Below, piece after piece: positions 23,031 through 35,313 of a stretch of 64,000 nucleotides of DNA. The translations under genes were made by a program, and so were the position numbers. Each line of letters opens with the position of its first letter. The first letter of the stretch is position 1. Location: NCBI RefSeq assembly GCF_000143415.4, contig NW_003314267.1, positions 2,583,839-2,647,838 of the forward strand. The letters are read 5' to 3'. The notes beneath the pieces were generated by a model. That model was not told where the DNA came from and ran no database searches. It saw only the letters and a program-made list of their open reading frames with translations. This DNA comes from Selaginella moellendorffii (taxonomy: Eukaryota > Plantae > Lycopodiophyta).

Positions 23031-23244
23031 CCCGCTTGATAAAAGAGTTTGAATATTAGCCTTCAAATAAGAAACAAAACCATGGCAACTGTGGCCCACT
23101 CAACCGACAGCCTCCTCTTGCAAATTACTTACGAGTCGCCTTTGGAGGATGGCGCTCTTCTTTTTTCTCTGTCGTCGTCTTGGAGATTTAGGGCAAACAT
23201 GGCAGCAGAAGCAATGGTGCTCCATAGGGTTAGGGCTCGAGGCA

Positions 23245-24920
23245 ATGGATGATGTGTTTTCGACTCCCGTGCGCATTGTGTACGTGCATCCGGCGGAGGA
23301 GCGTGGTAGGAATGTGGACGATCTGCGTGCCAAGGTAGCATTCCGGGCCGTGCCATCCGACATCAAGAATTTGGGCGACCTTGTAAACTGGCTCAAGACA
23401 GTTCTTAAAGTGGACGCGGTCCTTAGCTCCAAGGGATGGATGGAAATTCCTACGCCAGATCCTGGCGCACACCTGCCCCCAACATTCGAGCTTCATCTCC
23501 GCAAGGCGCTCTTCACAGGTTTGATGTTGTTTGGCATGCTACTGTTCTCATACATTTCAAATAGATGCTTCTGATAACAGCAAGGAATGGGCTCGCACAG
23601 TGTTACAACCATTTCCGTTTGCTGTTCTCGACGTTGCTGGCTTGCGGAGAGCATTGGAGGAGCCACTCCCTTTGCCGCTTCCTGTTGGTCCTGCTACATA
23701 TGCAACTCTGGACCCGAGCTATGCTACTCAGTTCATTCCGACCAACCAGTACCCCGCCGAGAGAATATCCGGTTGCGTAACAAACTTCATGAACTCGAGA
23801 GTGGCGCTTGGCATGTCCGAGAATCTGCTGCAAAGTATCTGGGACTCGGCATTTTGCAACTTGTGGATGGAGCTGCTGTATCTGTCGGAGATTACGAGCA
23901 TTCAGTTCAACCGGAACGTCACCGACCATTCTGGTGCTTCAACGACAAACGTCCGTCCTGATTTGCTGCTTTGGATCTTGAACAGGCTGTGCGTCACGTT
24001 CGAGGAGAAACGGGTAACTTTGGAAGAGGCGTACCAGGACCTGATAAATAAGCTTGGCGTACTTCCACCACAGTACTATGGACCCGTCCAGTGGATAGTT
24101 GGGGTCGCATTAGCAGGTCCGGAGATGGCGGGGTGGGCTATGAGACAGGGGCAGACACTAGATGATCTGTTTGGGCGCTAAAACATGGGGTCACTCAGGG
24201 ACAAGACAACATGCTTACGGCTCTCCATCAACTTCCTTCGGATTGCCTTGACAATTTCAAGCATCTACTCCAAGCTGAATTTTCTGCCGAGGCCATTCAA
24301 CGTGCTTCCTCCCGCCTTTTACGGTTCTCTCAGTCAGATAACCAGGACTCTGCGGATCGTCTATCCTAAGGTGATCAAGGAGATTCGCCCCTGGTCGCAG
24401 CACGTTGCGGAGGGATTCACTACGACGGCTTTTGTGACGCAAGCGTACGGGCTTGGCGCTGTGGGGCTGGTGTCAGGGGTCGTCAAAGTGAGGGCTGAAC
24501 GATACAATGTGGTCATTCAGTCGGTGGGATACGAGCAGATGATTTCCAGCGAAGAGGACTTGTGGCCGGCCATTCAGAGTGCACTTCACGGCCTACATGC
24601 GTTGCACCAGGCAGGCTTGGTTCATAGGGACATCAGATGGAAAAAACATCCTCAAGCTTCCTGCTAGTAATGGGAGCTGGATGCTTATCGATCTTGAGAC
24701 AGTGTGGAAGACAGACTGTACGCCCAGTTGCTGGCTTCGCGCCTGGGACGACAACACATTGGTCGATGGCGTCTACACGCGGTCCTCCGATCTGTATCTT
24801 GTTGGAAGGCTTATGGAGAGCTTTCGTGACCTGTCACCCGAGGCCAAGGAGTTTCAGGCTAAGCTTTTACGGCACGAGTTCCTGAGTGCTCAGGAAGCGC
24901 TCCATTACTTGTCGCGTTGA
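23245..24920 (+). pseudogene. Crinkler-like REase plus protein kinase, copy 1 (disrupted)
   Basis: ATG at 23245; 46-nt intron 23519-23564 joins in frame. PD-(D/E)xK-like RPD...EEK motif; kinase motifs HRDIRWKNIL, LIDLE and SDLYLVG. Premature TAA at 24179 and a +1 A frameshift at ~24645 relative to copy 2. Confidence 0.8.
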
Positions 24921-24940
24921 TGGAAATGGGAAGTACCGGT

Positions 24941-24977
24941 TTTAGGGTTCTAAACCCTAAACCCTAAACCCTAAACC
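24941..24977. repeat. Interstitial telomeric repeats (TTTAGGG, then four CTAAACC units)
   Basis: Read directly; absent from kinase copy 2. Confidence 0.85.
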
Positions 24978-25149
24978 GCGGTTTCACACCTTTGCCGCGG
25001 GAGAAGCTAAGCCCTAGGAGGACGTGCGCGAGGAGCCCTAAAGCGGAGAGGTAAAAACTCAGCTTTGTATCTGGTTTGGGTTTATTAATTTTTCTGTTTG
25101 CTTTGAGTTATACTTAGAATATACCATCTATTTGTTGTTATTCATTCCG

Positions 25150-28100
25150 ATGGCCCTATTATTTAGCTACCTTACCGCTCCCCTCTTTGGAGCATCCACT
25201 TTCACCAAATCAGAGTGGTTAGGAATCCACCCTTGGGGAAACATTGCCTTTCCCACAATCTAACACATTAGTGTTTTTGGCCTAACTTTGCCATTTGGAT
25301 TCTTTCTCATGATTCCCATGGCTCTTTTCTTAGCCACTAGTCTTTTGCTCTTATCCTTGATTGTTGCACCCAGCAACATAGGATCGCTACCTCCACTTTC
25401 GAGGTTTCCTTTTAGTTTCAAGCAAACACTTTGCTTTTGCCAGGTCCAGAGGGTGTTCACCCCTAATACGTCTCTTTAGCATTTTCTACTATGGGCTTTA
25501 TCCACGGCCCAACTTTTGAGACCCTCCCTTGGATCTCTTATAGAGACTACTTTCTTCGGACTTACTATGCCATAGTAGTGACATAGCTCATTTTCCATAG
25601 GTGCTCTACCCACTTGGTCACCTTGACCAAGCCACACCATTATCAATAGTTCAAATCAACACTTTGAACTAGGAATCATATCCCTTAACCCAAACAAAGA
25701 CTTTGTCCTTGTTTAGCCACAAGATCACCTAGTGATCTCATCTTGACCCCTTAATAGGTCTACCAATAGGAACTAGGTCTTCCAGACCCTTCTAAGTTGT
25801 TGACTATGACCCCGGGGGCATCCCCCACACTTGGCGGTGCGCCCAAGCCAGCCCTTCCGGCCAAGGATCCATAGCAACTGAGACTGGGTGTCCCCATCTT
25901 ATTCACCACGTCCTTGGTGCCCTTTGCACCAAAGTGTTCAAGTTAGATATGCCGAGCTTTCACTCTAAGTAATCTAACTGTGCATCACGACTCCGAGACA
26001 TCCCCCGCTTGGCGGTGTGCCCAAGCCAATCTCCTCACTGAGAGTCCATGACCACCGAAATATGAGTGTCCTCATATTCCAAACCATCACCACGCCTTAG
26101 TGATTTGGGACTCGAACCCAAGCACTAGAGGGTTGGGACTCGAACCCAACCTTCGTATATGCATCTACGGACAGCATCACCCTAGATGCCTGGCGTGACT
26201 CCCCACGCCGGTGCACCAACTTATACTTAAAGAGCGCTATAAATCACAGCTTAGGAACCTAGTTCCCCCACACTGCCAAGTCCTCTCACTTGACACGTCT
26301 GTGATTATGCATGGACTCCTCCATGTTTGGCCCCCTGGCCCACCCTTTTGAAGTTATCACCTTCAACTAGGGTATTTGTTCCCCCGTCTTGCCAATCTCG
26401 CTTGGTAAGTCCTCCAACCACCGTAACATGGTTCCTGCATAAGCGTGAAAGTCCTTGACCATCGACTTTTGTTCAAAACCCTCTCTTTGAACACTCGGGA
26501 ACTACTTCCCTAACCTTGATAGTCTTGCCTCATGGCAAGTTTCAAGACCACGCTTCTTGCTGTGCCACTCTGGTTTCGCACGTTCCATGAACCATTTACA
26601 CTTGGCCTTTCTAGGTACTAAGCTACCTAGAATCGTCTTTGGGAACCTTGAAGGAACTTTGTCCCTTAGCTTGTTAAAGCCTTTCTTTTCGCAAGCTTTC
26701 TAGTTGCCATATAGTCTAGTATGGACAATTCCATATTTTAGACTCTCCATGGCATCACGGTTACTAGCAATAACACCCTCGAGCCCCCATTTGATTCTCC
26801 ACTCCCAACTGGCATAACCACCCTTGGTTATGCCTTTCAATTTCTATAGTTTGGTTCTATCCCCTTACTACTTGTTTTTAGCTTCACACCTTTCCTTCGG
26901 TCATTCTCCTCTAGACTAGGAGGATAACTTTGCACTTTCTATCATGCCTTAGCAAATATTCTTATGGATGAACCTACCCAATAGCCTAGGGAGTGGTTCC
27001 TCAATTCATGTATGCTCACCTTATAATCCCATACACCGGGATTAATGTTGTTGCTTATGGGCCTTTACATGCCCATCACTAGCCTTGCCAAAATTCCATC
27101 TTTGGCTTTGTCCAATTTGGGTTGACAGTCTTCTCCCGTCTCCGCAACCTTGGACATTTGGATAGCACCTTTTATCCATTATTCGCTAGGGACTTAGTCC
27201 CTTGGGCTTTATCTATTGCCCTCGCGACATCAAACACCACCTCCCGGTATCCTAGAGTGTTTTGGTGTCCCAAATGATGGCCTGTTTGACAATGAGCATT
27301 CCCTTTTATGACATTGACTTACTATATCGCAACATAAGCAATTTATCCCTCATAAGGGTATATTTAACTTCTTTATGCCATTAAGAAGTCTTGGGTAGCT
27401 ACCTTCTACCAGTTTGACCAATTATCTTGCACCTTTTGCTTAGTTGCCTCATAGTTGTCAAGTTCTACAACTCATTGTTGGTGCTTCCACACCTCCATCA
27501 TTGTTTTGGTCACCACACTCTACTATATGCCTTCCAGCTTAGGCTATGCCATTCCCATTTCCGTTAGGATTCCTTTTGGCAAAGGGTTTTTATGAACCCA
27601 CCAACATAACCTCAAGGTATCACACTTTGGCACATTTGGTGTCTCCACACCATTGGCCCCACAAGCCTATCCTTATGACACTACTTATTAGTGTCTAGGT
27701 CTTTGCCAAGACCAATACAGTTGTGCCTCATGCTAACTATCCATTAGCACTGCACCATAATGTTTGTCTCCAACTCTGGGCCAAAGTTGCTTTCTTCTGG
27801 GAACATCTTTCTCACAACTTTAGTATAGCACATTCTGCCATCAATGAGATATCTCCTGTTCTCATACTTGGATCTTATGATCCTCCCCATACCTCATGGG
27901 GCAACATACACCTCAGTCTAAATGCTTCAACTAATCCCTTAGGACCATTCCTTGACCCCACTTGAGTCATCCAGCATTTTTGGACTTCGCTAAACCAACG
28001 ACCCATAAAATCCTATTTTTGAGGTGCCAGCTCACTCGAATACAACTTCATGTATTCATGTCCTACTCATAAGGACCATCTTGCAAGTGTTACTCCAACA

Positions 28101-28670
28101 CTTCATTATTTCCCATTCTCTGTGGGCTGCCTTTTGCCCCTTAGGACTATCCATCCCCATGATGAGAATGCTGACTCATTCTTTGAGCACACCCCCAACT
28201 CCTTGGGTTTGTTCCAGCATTTATAAAAGGTAGTCCCAGCTACCATTTTGAGGACTCTTGCCTTCATCCGTACTTGACCTCTCATGGTCATCAATTCCGG
28301 TTTCAAATTCATGAGCACCAGCCTCAACTATGTGCGGATTATCTTGTGACTCCTTTATTATTTTGGAGTCTGCATCTTTCCCGTGATCCCAACTATAGTT
28401 GTTTACCACAACTACATCAGCCAGTTTGCTAAGTCAAACGCTCATCTGGATCACATCCTCAACTCTCTGAGGAAACCCTTATACTGTTCCCAAGATCCCA
28501 ATGTCGTTCCTTTACTGGCCCCTTTTCTATCCACCACATCGCGCCCAAGTTCACGCATGAACTTGAGTAGAGAGCCATGTCCTCTCGACATGCTACTCCT
28601 CAAGGATAGGCCCACTTCTAGGACCTTCCGATGCCAATATCAATGGTGATATACTTGAGCACCAATAAAA
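25150..28670 (-). mobile_element. Non-coding degenerate LTR-element internal region (family B, LARD-like)
   Basis: 25150-27490 is collinear with the reverse complement of ~35565-37890; no long ORFs. Confidence 0.7.
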
Positions 28671-28689
28671 GTCGGATTAAGGAACAGCA

Positions 28690-30050
28690 GGAGTCCAAGG
28701 TGGAGTCCGAGATGGAGTCCGAGATAGACCGAGACAGAGTCCGAGATGGAGTCTAAGGTGGAGTCCGAGATGGAGTCCGAGATGGAGTCCGAAGTGGAGT
28801 CCGAGATGGAGTCCGAGATGGACCGAGACGGAGTCCGAGATGGACCCGAGATGGAATCCGAGATGGAGTCCGAGAAAGACCCGAGATGGAGTCCGAGGTC
28901 GAGACCGAGACTGGGACTGAGACCTGGACCGAGACCGAGACTGAGACCGAGACCGAGACCGAGACCGAGGCGGAGGCCGAGATCGAGCCCAAGTCCGAGT
29001 CCGAGTCTGAGTCCGAGTCTGAGTCCGAGTCCAAGTCCGAGTTCGAGTCTGAGAGGGTGAAAGCCCAAAGCGTTCGTCTCCTAGACCCTGGGGGGTTTGG
29101 TGAGCTCCAAAAGTATAGTAAGGGGGAGGACTGCAGTGGAGCCAGTTTGGCCAGGAAAGGCCAGTTTGGCCAGGAAGGCTAGACCCAGTGTTGGGTGATG
29201 AACTGACCACTGGGAAGTCCAAGACTAGAGTGAATACGGACCGACAAGCGGGATAGCTTGGTGAAGTGTTCAAGAGCCAGCTCTAGTTTCCCCGGGAGAT
29301 TGACTGGCCGATGCTCCCAGTCCAAGTGTGGGTGGCACTACCTACTTGGATACCAGGCATGGCTCAATAGAACCTCACTCTAAGTCCATGGCTAGAGCAC
29401 CTAAAGGCAGAAGGTGGGGAGAGTACCCACGGGGCTTGTGTAGGCCCACAATGTTCTGAAATGTTGCCCCGGAGTCCCAAATGGGGGAAAGGAGGAGGAG
29501 CAGTCCTCTAGTGTAGTGACTAAGGATACAGTCACATGGTGAGGAAGTCCCAGAGGACCATGGGACTTAGTGGTCGGGCCTGTGGGCCTTGATCTAGTGG
29601 CAGTGTCGACGGATATGGCCATGGACAGAAAAGGGACTTGGTAGGAACTGAAAAAGGGATATTAGGGAAGGCTATTCCCCATGTCTGTAGGCATCCTAAG
29701 GATGCTAAGGAGTGGATCTGGGTTGACCACTCGTGGACGGATGGCCCAGTCTTGGAGAGATGGGATTGTGATGCAAATGGTATTGGACCACTAGTGCCGC
29801 AAAGGTGAATGGGCATGGCCTTAGCGTAACGGGCCGATATGTCAGTGGTACCTTTGGGTGTCGGTCTTGGGATCAGGCACGTGGAGCACTTGGACCAAGC
29901 GCAACGGTTGAGTGGCACGGGGGCCATTCTTGGGGCTAGCAAGTCCCCAAGTCCGGAATAGGACTTATGGAGGTTGTGAGTGAGACTCCTCCAAGCAGTC
30001 GAAGGTGTGGTTAAGTGACTAAAGTAGAATGGAAAATTTAGTCGCTTACA
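28690..30050 (+). repeat. Family B LTR terminal arm with a GAGTCCGAGATG/GACCGA minisatellite (28690-29050)
   Basis: Ends ...GTCGCTTACA immediately before a PBS; homologous to 40060-41459 (direct) and 38307-39451 (inverted). Confidence 0.85.
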
Positions 30051-30053
30051 ACT

Positions 30054-30065
30054 TGGTATCAGAGC
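30054..30065 (+). promoter_or_regulatory. Primer-binding site, tRNA-iMet
   Basis: TGGTATCAGAGC, 3 nt after the LTR terminal CA. Confidence 0.9.
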
Positions 30066-31859
30066 AGTCTTGGGTCCGACTCTGTTGGTTGGCTAAGGGA
30101 ATCACACCACATGTTGATTGACATCTGGCTGGTCCAGTTTGCTCCCGCTGGGCTCAACCCAAGGGGTAGGGTGTCAAGAGAGCGGGGCTCTCGGGAGAGC
30201 TGTAGCTCTCAGCTTTTGTTCACGAGGGCATGAACTTGCAAGGAAGCGTGGTGGATTGTAAGCAACCACGAGAGACAATCCATAAGGGTTCAAATATAGA
30301 GGGAAAAGGCCCATGAACAAGAGTGCACCCCCTTTTCCAATCGGTTAAGGGTCTTGGGATATTTAGGGTTAAGCGTCCTTGGGTTTGAATAGTACTGGGC
30401 TGGGTGACTTCTCGGGAAGTCCAAACCCAAGAGCTTACAGAAGCCAGAATCAAACCATCTGCCAGGGAAAGCTCACTCTTCTTCCTGGATTCTCTTTTGC
30501 ATTCCAGGGCTTGATCAAGTCTCTAATGCATCCAGCAGCGAAAAATCTCCCCTCAACTGCTCAAGCTCTCAAGAACACGCTCTTCAAGAAGTCCTCCTAT
30601 AATGAGGAAGGAGTGTTGATGTTTGCTCCCAGCCAATAGGAGGTGGCCAAACTACATGGGGTGGGAGAAGAAGGTGCTGCAACACATGTCACATGCAAAG
30701 TGTTGATGGTGGTGGCACCTGTTATCTATCCTATTGAGTGAAAAAGTTATTGTGAGTTTTGCATGTGCCCAATGATGTGGCATCATTCAGGATCTCTCTC
30801 TCCGATGGCAGTGGCAGCTAGTGATTCTAATGTGGGGTCTCGACCATATAGATTACAATTACCAATCATTGCCAAATGAAGTCTCTTTGCAGCATCAACA
30901 AATTCTAGGTGATGTAGAGATGGGTGGAGAGAGCAATGAACCAGGTTTGTGTTTATCTTGATAAAGTAGAATCTAATCACTTTTCTTTCCAGGATTTGAG
31001 TGCCATACATAGTTTAGTGCTTTAGATACTTAGTCTATTCCAATATAGTGCTTTACAGCTTGAGGAATAGGTGTACAAGAGGACTTCAAACAGCCATTAC
31101 ATTTTCAAGTCCCTTTGCTATTTTAGCAAGTATTGGCACTTGGCCTTTTTGCTTCTTAAACCTTCTCTATGGCTAGATCTAAATAAACTTCCAGCCAAGT
31201 GCCTCGTGGGATTGTAGGAGATACTACTCAATTTTAGAATGTTTTTTTTTAGTTATGGGTTTATAAAGGTATTTTTTAGCTAAGTGCAAATTATATAGCA
31301 TTCTAGACCCTAGCATATGGAATCTGATTGCTTCCTTTAAGGAAACATAATATACATGTGTTCATATTGTGGATCTACAGCTTCATTTAGGTGGTGAGCC
31401 ACTTTTTATATATGTATTATCTCGATATGGCACTTATGATTCCAACATGAGGTCCACTTAACAAGTATGGCATCAACATCAAGGTTCCTTAATATCAATT
31501 TCACTAATAGCTACAGCATGCACTTTGTGACAGCTTCAATAGCAACCAATACTACTGATAAATATAACCACCTTTTCAAGCCATCTAATTGGCTGTGTAT
31601 TCAACACTACAAGGTTAGAGCTAAGAATCCAAAATATCATTTAGGGCTCCATTGTCTCTCAATAGATATTTCTATAGCCACACAGATTTGAGCATGGCCA
31701 AAGAAGGCTCCTCCAGTGGTTGACTTTTATTATTATAATATATATAATATATTATAATATATATTATATAATATATATTTATTATTATTATTATTACTGA
31801 GGCAATCAAATATTGTTACACTGAGTCAATTTGCAAGGGATGCTTCTACTTATACTTTT

Positions 31860-33022
31860 GTATGTATACGGCTGTTGCCATAAAGAATGAAAATTAGTTC
31901 CACCACATAGCGCAAGTGTAGACAGACACGTGTGGCAACAGGTCAAGCAATAGAAGATAAACTCGAACCTGTATCAACCAACACGGAGAAAATAATAGGA
32001 GACCTCTTGTTATAAAAACGAGCTTGGAAAGTAAACACTGGATGAACCAATGCTGAGTGAACCCCTTGATGATACTCCCAAAAGAAAGATGGAGGGGTCA
32101 CTGACTTCTTTGCACAAAGTCCCTCCATTACTCGTGCAACTCCTCGTTTCCTAGATGCATCTCAGTGTCCAGACCTTCCACTGCAGCAGCACCAATAGGA
32201 CATTGTTGACACCAAGGTCTCCACCCAGGAAATGGAGGTCGCCAATCCGAAAAATGCTGACAATGTAGATAAGTATTACGAACTTCATCACATGCCCAGC
32301 AGCAAACATTACGACCACGACTATGTCCTTGCCCTTGTCCTTGGACTCGAGCAACAGTAGCATCAACCTCCATTAGAACAGGACCATCGCAAACAAGAAG
32401 GGGAGCGGAAGGATGTGCAGCAAAAAGTGAAAGAGGCGACGTCTCATAATGTTGTGCCAAGCGAAGAGCATCGTTAAGGGTGACGGGAGCAAGTGCATAC
32501 ACAAGTCTGACAAGATCTTGACAAAGTGTTGGCCACAACATTCCTAGCTTGATCCGCTTTGACATATTTGGCTCTGCACGAAACAAAAGACTTCGGAAAC
32601 AAATACCAAATTGCATCATTGACTCAAATGGCCTTTGGCGAAGATGATGAAATTGTTGGAAGGCATCATCACAATCGTGGGCATGTCCGAATGCGTGTTT
32701 GAAGACGTCTAAGAGAACACTCTAATCCCCACAAGTGGCTGCGCTCAAACCATTGTACCACTGCAATATCATCCCTTGGAGACACGTGGGAAACTCACGC
32801 AAAAGTCGAGCATCATCCCAAGAATGATATGTGGCAATCACCATGAAGTGATTGAACCAATGTTACACATCATCCCTAGAAAATGTGCATATCAATTAGT
32901 TCAAAAACCCTAGCTTATATATAGGAGTAAGTGGTCCAAATATAAATTAATCTGACGGCTACTAAAATCCCATTATACTAATATTACTATATGGCATCAT
33001 AGCTGTACACTTGGCCCTAACA
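31860..33022 (-). mobile_element. Family A copy 3, internally deleted (protease/gag fragment fused to a partial LTR)
   Basis: Collinear with 260-1276, then jumps to LTR sequence at ~32878. Confidence 0.85.
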
Positions 33023-33141
33023 CACACACATGTATGTATGTATGTATGTATATATGTGTGTATATATATATATATACATACATATATATACATATATATA
33101 TATACATATACATATATATACATATATATATATATATATAT
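33021..33141. repeat. (CA)/(TATG)/(TA) microsatellite
   Basis: Read directly. Confidence 0.9.
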
Positions 33142-35313
33142 TAAAAAACCAAAATTTTAAATATAGATGTTATTAATCTATTATTATAAACTATTTTCCA
33201 TAAAACTAAGTTAGTGTTAATATTAAAATTTTTTATATATTTTTAGTTGTAATTGATATTAGACTACATCATAAATTCTGATTAAAAATCCTCAATTAGC
33301 CACCTATGCAAAATCTAATTATAGATATTGTTGGTCCATATTGGTATCTTGAAGTACTTCTAGCAATAAAATGCTGTGGCATTTCTTAAATATTCCCAAC
33401 ATACTATAGATGTGCTACAATTGATGTTATTTATTTTATATATGGTAAAAAATGAGTGGCTATTTTATCCCCATTTATCCGCCAAGGTTCCAAGGATTCA
33501 TGGTGACAATATATGCAAATCTCATCCTATAATCACATACATTACACTTGTCCCCCCTTCAAAGATATTAATATTTTAATTGACTATTGATTAACAACCC
33601 CTATTGAGCCAAAAGGAACCAACACCTCCATTTTTGCACTGAATCTATCAATCCTTCCATTGTGTAAACTAATTATTTCATGTGAAGCAATTAATCATCC
33701 ACCTATATCACAGTCCCACAATGGATACCTTCGTTTGTGGATACTTCACACAAGAGGAAAGACGTACGCATGGATGTCCAATACATACGATTTCAAATTT
33801 TAAGGGTAGGAATATACCTTGTTCAAGGGTATATTATATTTTTAAGTAGCCACTAATTAATGAAAATTGAACCTATGGAATTTGCTCCAATACCACATAT
33901 AATGCACCCTATATCTCTCCCTTTAAACCAATTGGAAAAAAGGCAATTGCTTGATAAGAGAGCATTTATCGGCTAAGGTTCTAAGGATCCACGATGACAA
34001 TATATTTAAATCTCATCCCATGATCACATGTGCTACAATTTACCATACATTTATTCACTTTACCACCCATTTCTTTCAATTTTAATATTTATCTTCCTTA
34101 TAAACTTGAATTCAATTCATTATAGAAAACATAATCAGCTATATAACATTGTGATACAACTAATGAAAAAAAAAGTTTTCCCACCATAGTTTACACTCAA
34201 GTTCCTTGAATCACTCCAATGTTCTTCATTGGATGAGATTGCTGGTGTAAGGAGAAGGGGGTTTCCTAGATATTTGCTCCTCCAATGCAGCTCCTCCTTG
34301 TCCTGGCTATAAACTCCATATTATTAATGGCACACAATACAAAGATTTTCCTTTATTTATCTGTATCACTAACAAAATATCTTAATGGTGTTCACTTTCA
34401 GTGTCAATGTTGTCAAGGATGAAGTTCATTATCTTGCACACTGCTAGTAGAGAAAAGCCATATGAAAACCATTCACTGTTGCATTAGATTGAACAAGAAC
34501 ATTACCATGGATAAACTCCTTGCAATACAAAAAGACAGCTAGAAAAAATAGAACTTGGAAGAGAACATATACCACCAATTATTACCTCACTTCATAATTA
34601 ATTCGAATGAAAAGCATTAAGAAAGCTGGTTCTTCCAGTTCTTGAGAACATTCTGTCAATGTTTAGTTTTGTATTCTCAGGTAGCCCTGGAAAATCACTT
34701 GGCTATGAAAAGAGAGAAACAAAGAGGCAAGAATGTAAAGAAGTAAAGAAACAAATGTGAAGAGTGAAAAGAAAAACTTACTTGCTGTCTTGAGCTGGAG
34801 GACAGCTCTTTCACCAGCTCTTCCACTTGTGTGGCATGGGAGTGCCATGGCAGAAAATGTTACAGCAAATACACAATGATGCAATCATGATCCCCAAAAA
34901 AGAGTAAATTATTATCCATAAATTTGACACCAAGGCCTCCACCTAAGAAACTAATGATGCTAATCTGGGAAATATCAACAATGCCAATATATATAGCAAA
35001 CCTCATCATATATACATCATAGTAGCCATGACCACATCCTTATTTTTGTCCTAAACACAGGTAACAACAATGTCAACCTTGATTCAGAATAAAACATTTG
35101 CCATAAGAAGTGGAGTTGAATGACATGCAGTTGCAAGTGGGAAAAATGATGACTTTTAACAAAGTGCTGGGTATAACATACCCAACTTGATCCATTCCAA
35201 CATATTAAGAATATAATGTGGATATACACTAATTTATTCTATATTGCACTATTAGCTATAACTTTTCTATCTCAATAAAGTGTTTTCAAAGACTTATTTT
35301 GGTCCAAAGCCAG

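Noticed and set aside
28690-29050. CRISPR-like array or low-complexity protein (MESE/RP/DS repeat ORFs; also 39330-39450 and 40060-40360)
   Set aside because: 6/12-bp minisatellite without unique spacers inside LTR arms; the ORFs in all frames are by-products.
33472-34040. ~78-bp direct repeat ~490 bp apart as TRIM LTRs
   Set aside because: No TG...CA ends, PBS, PPT or TSD seen.
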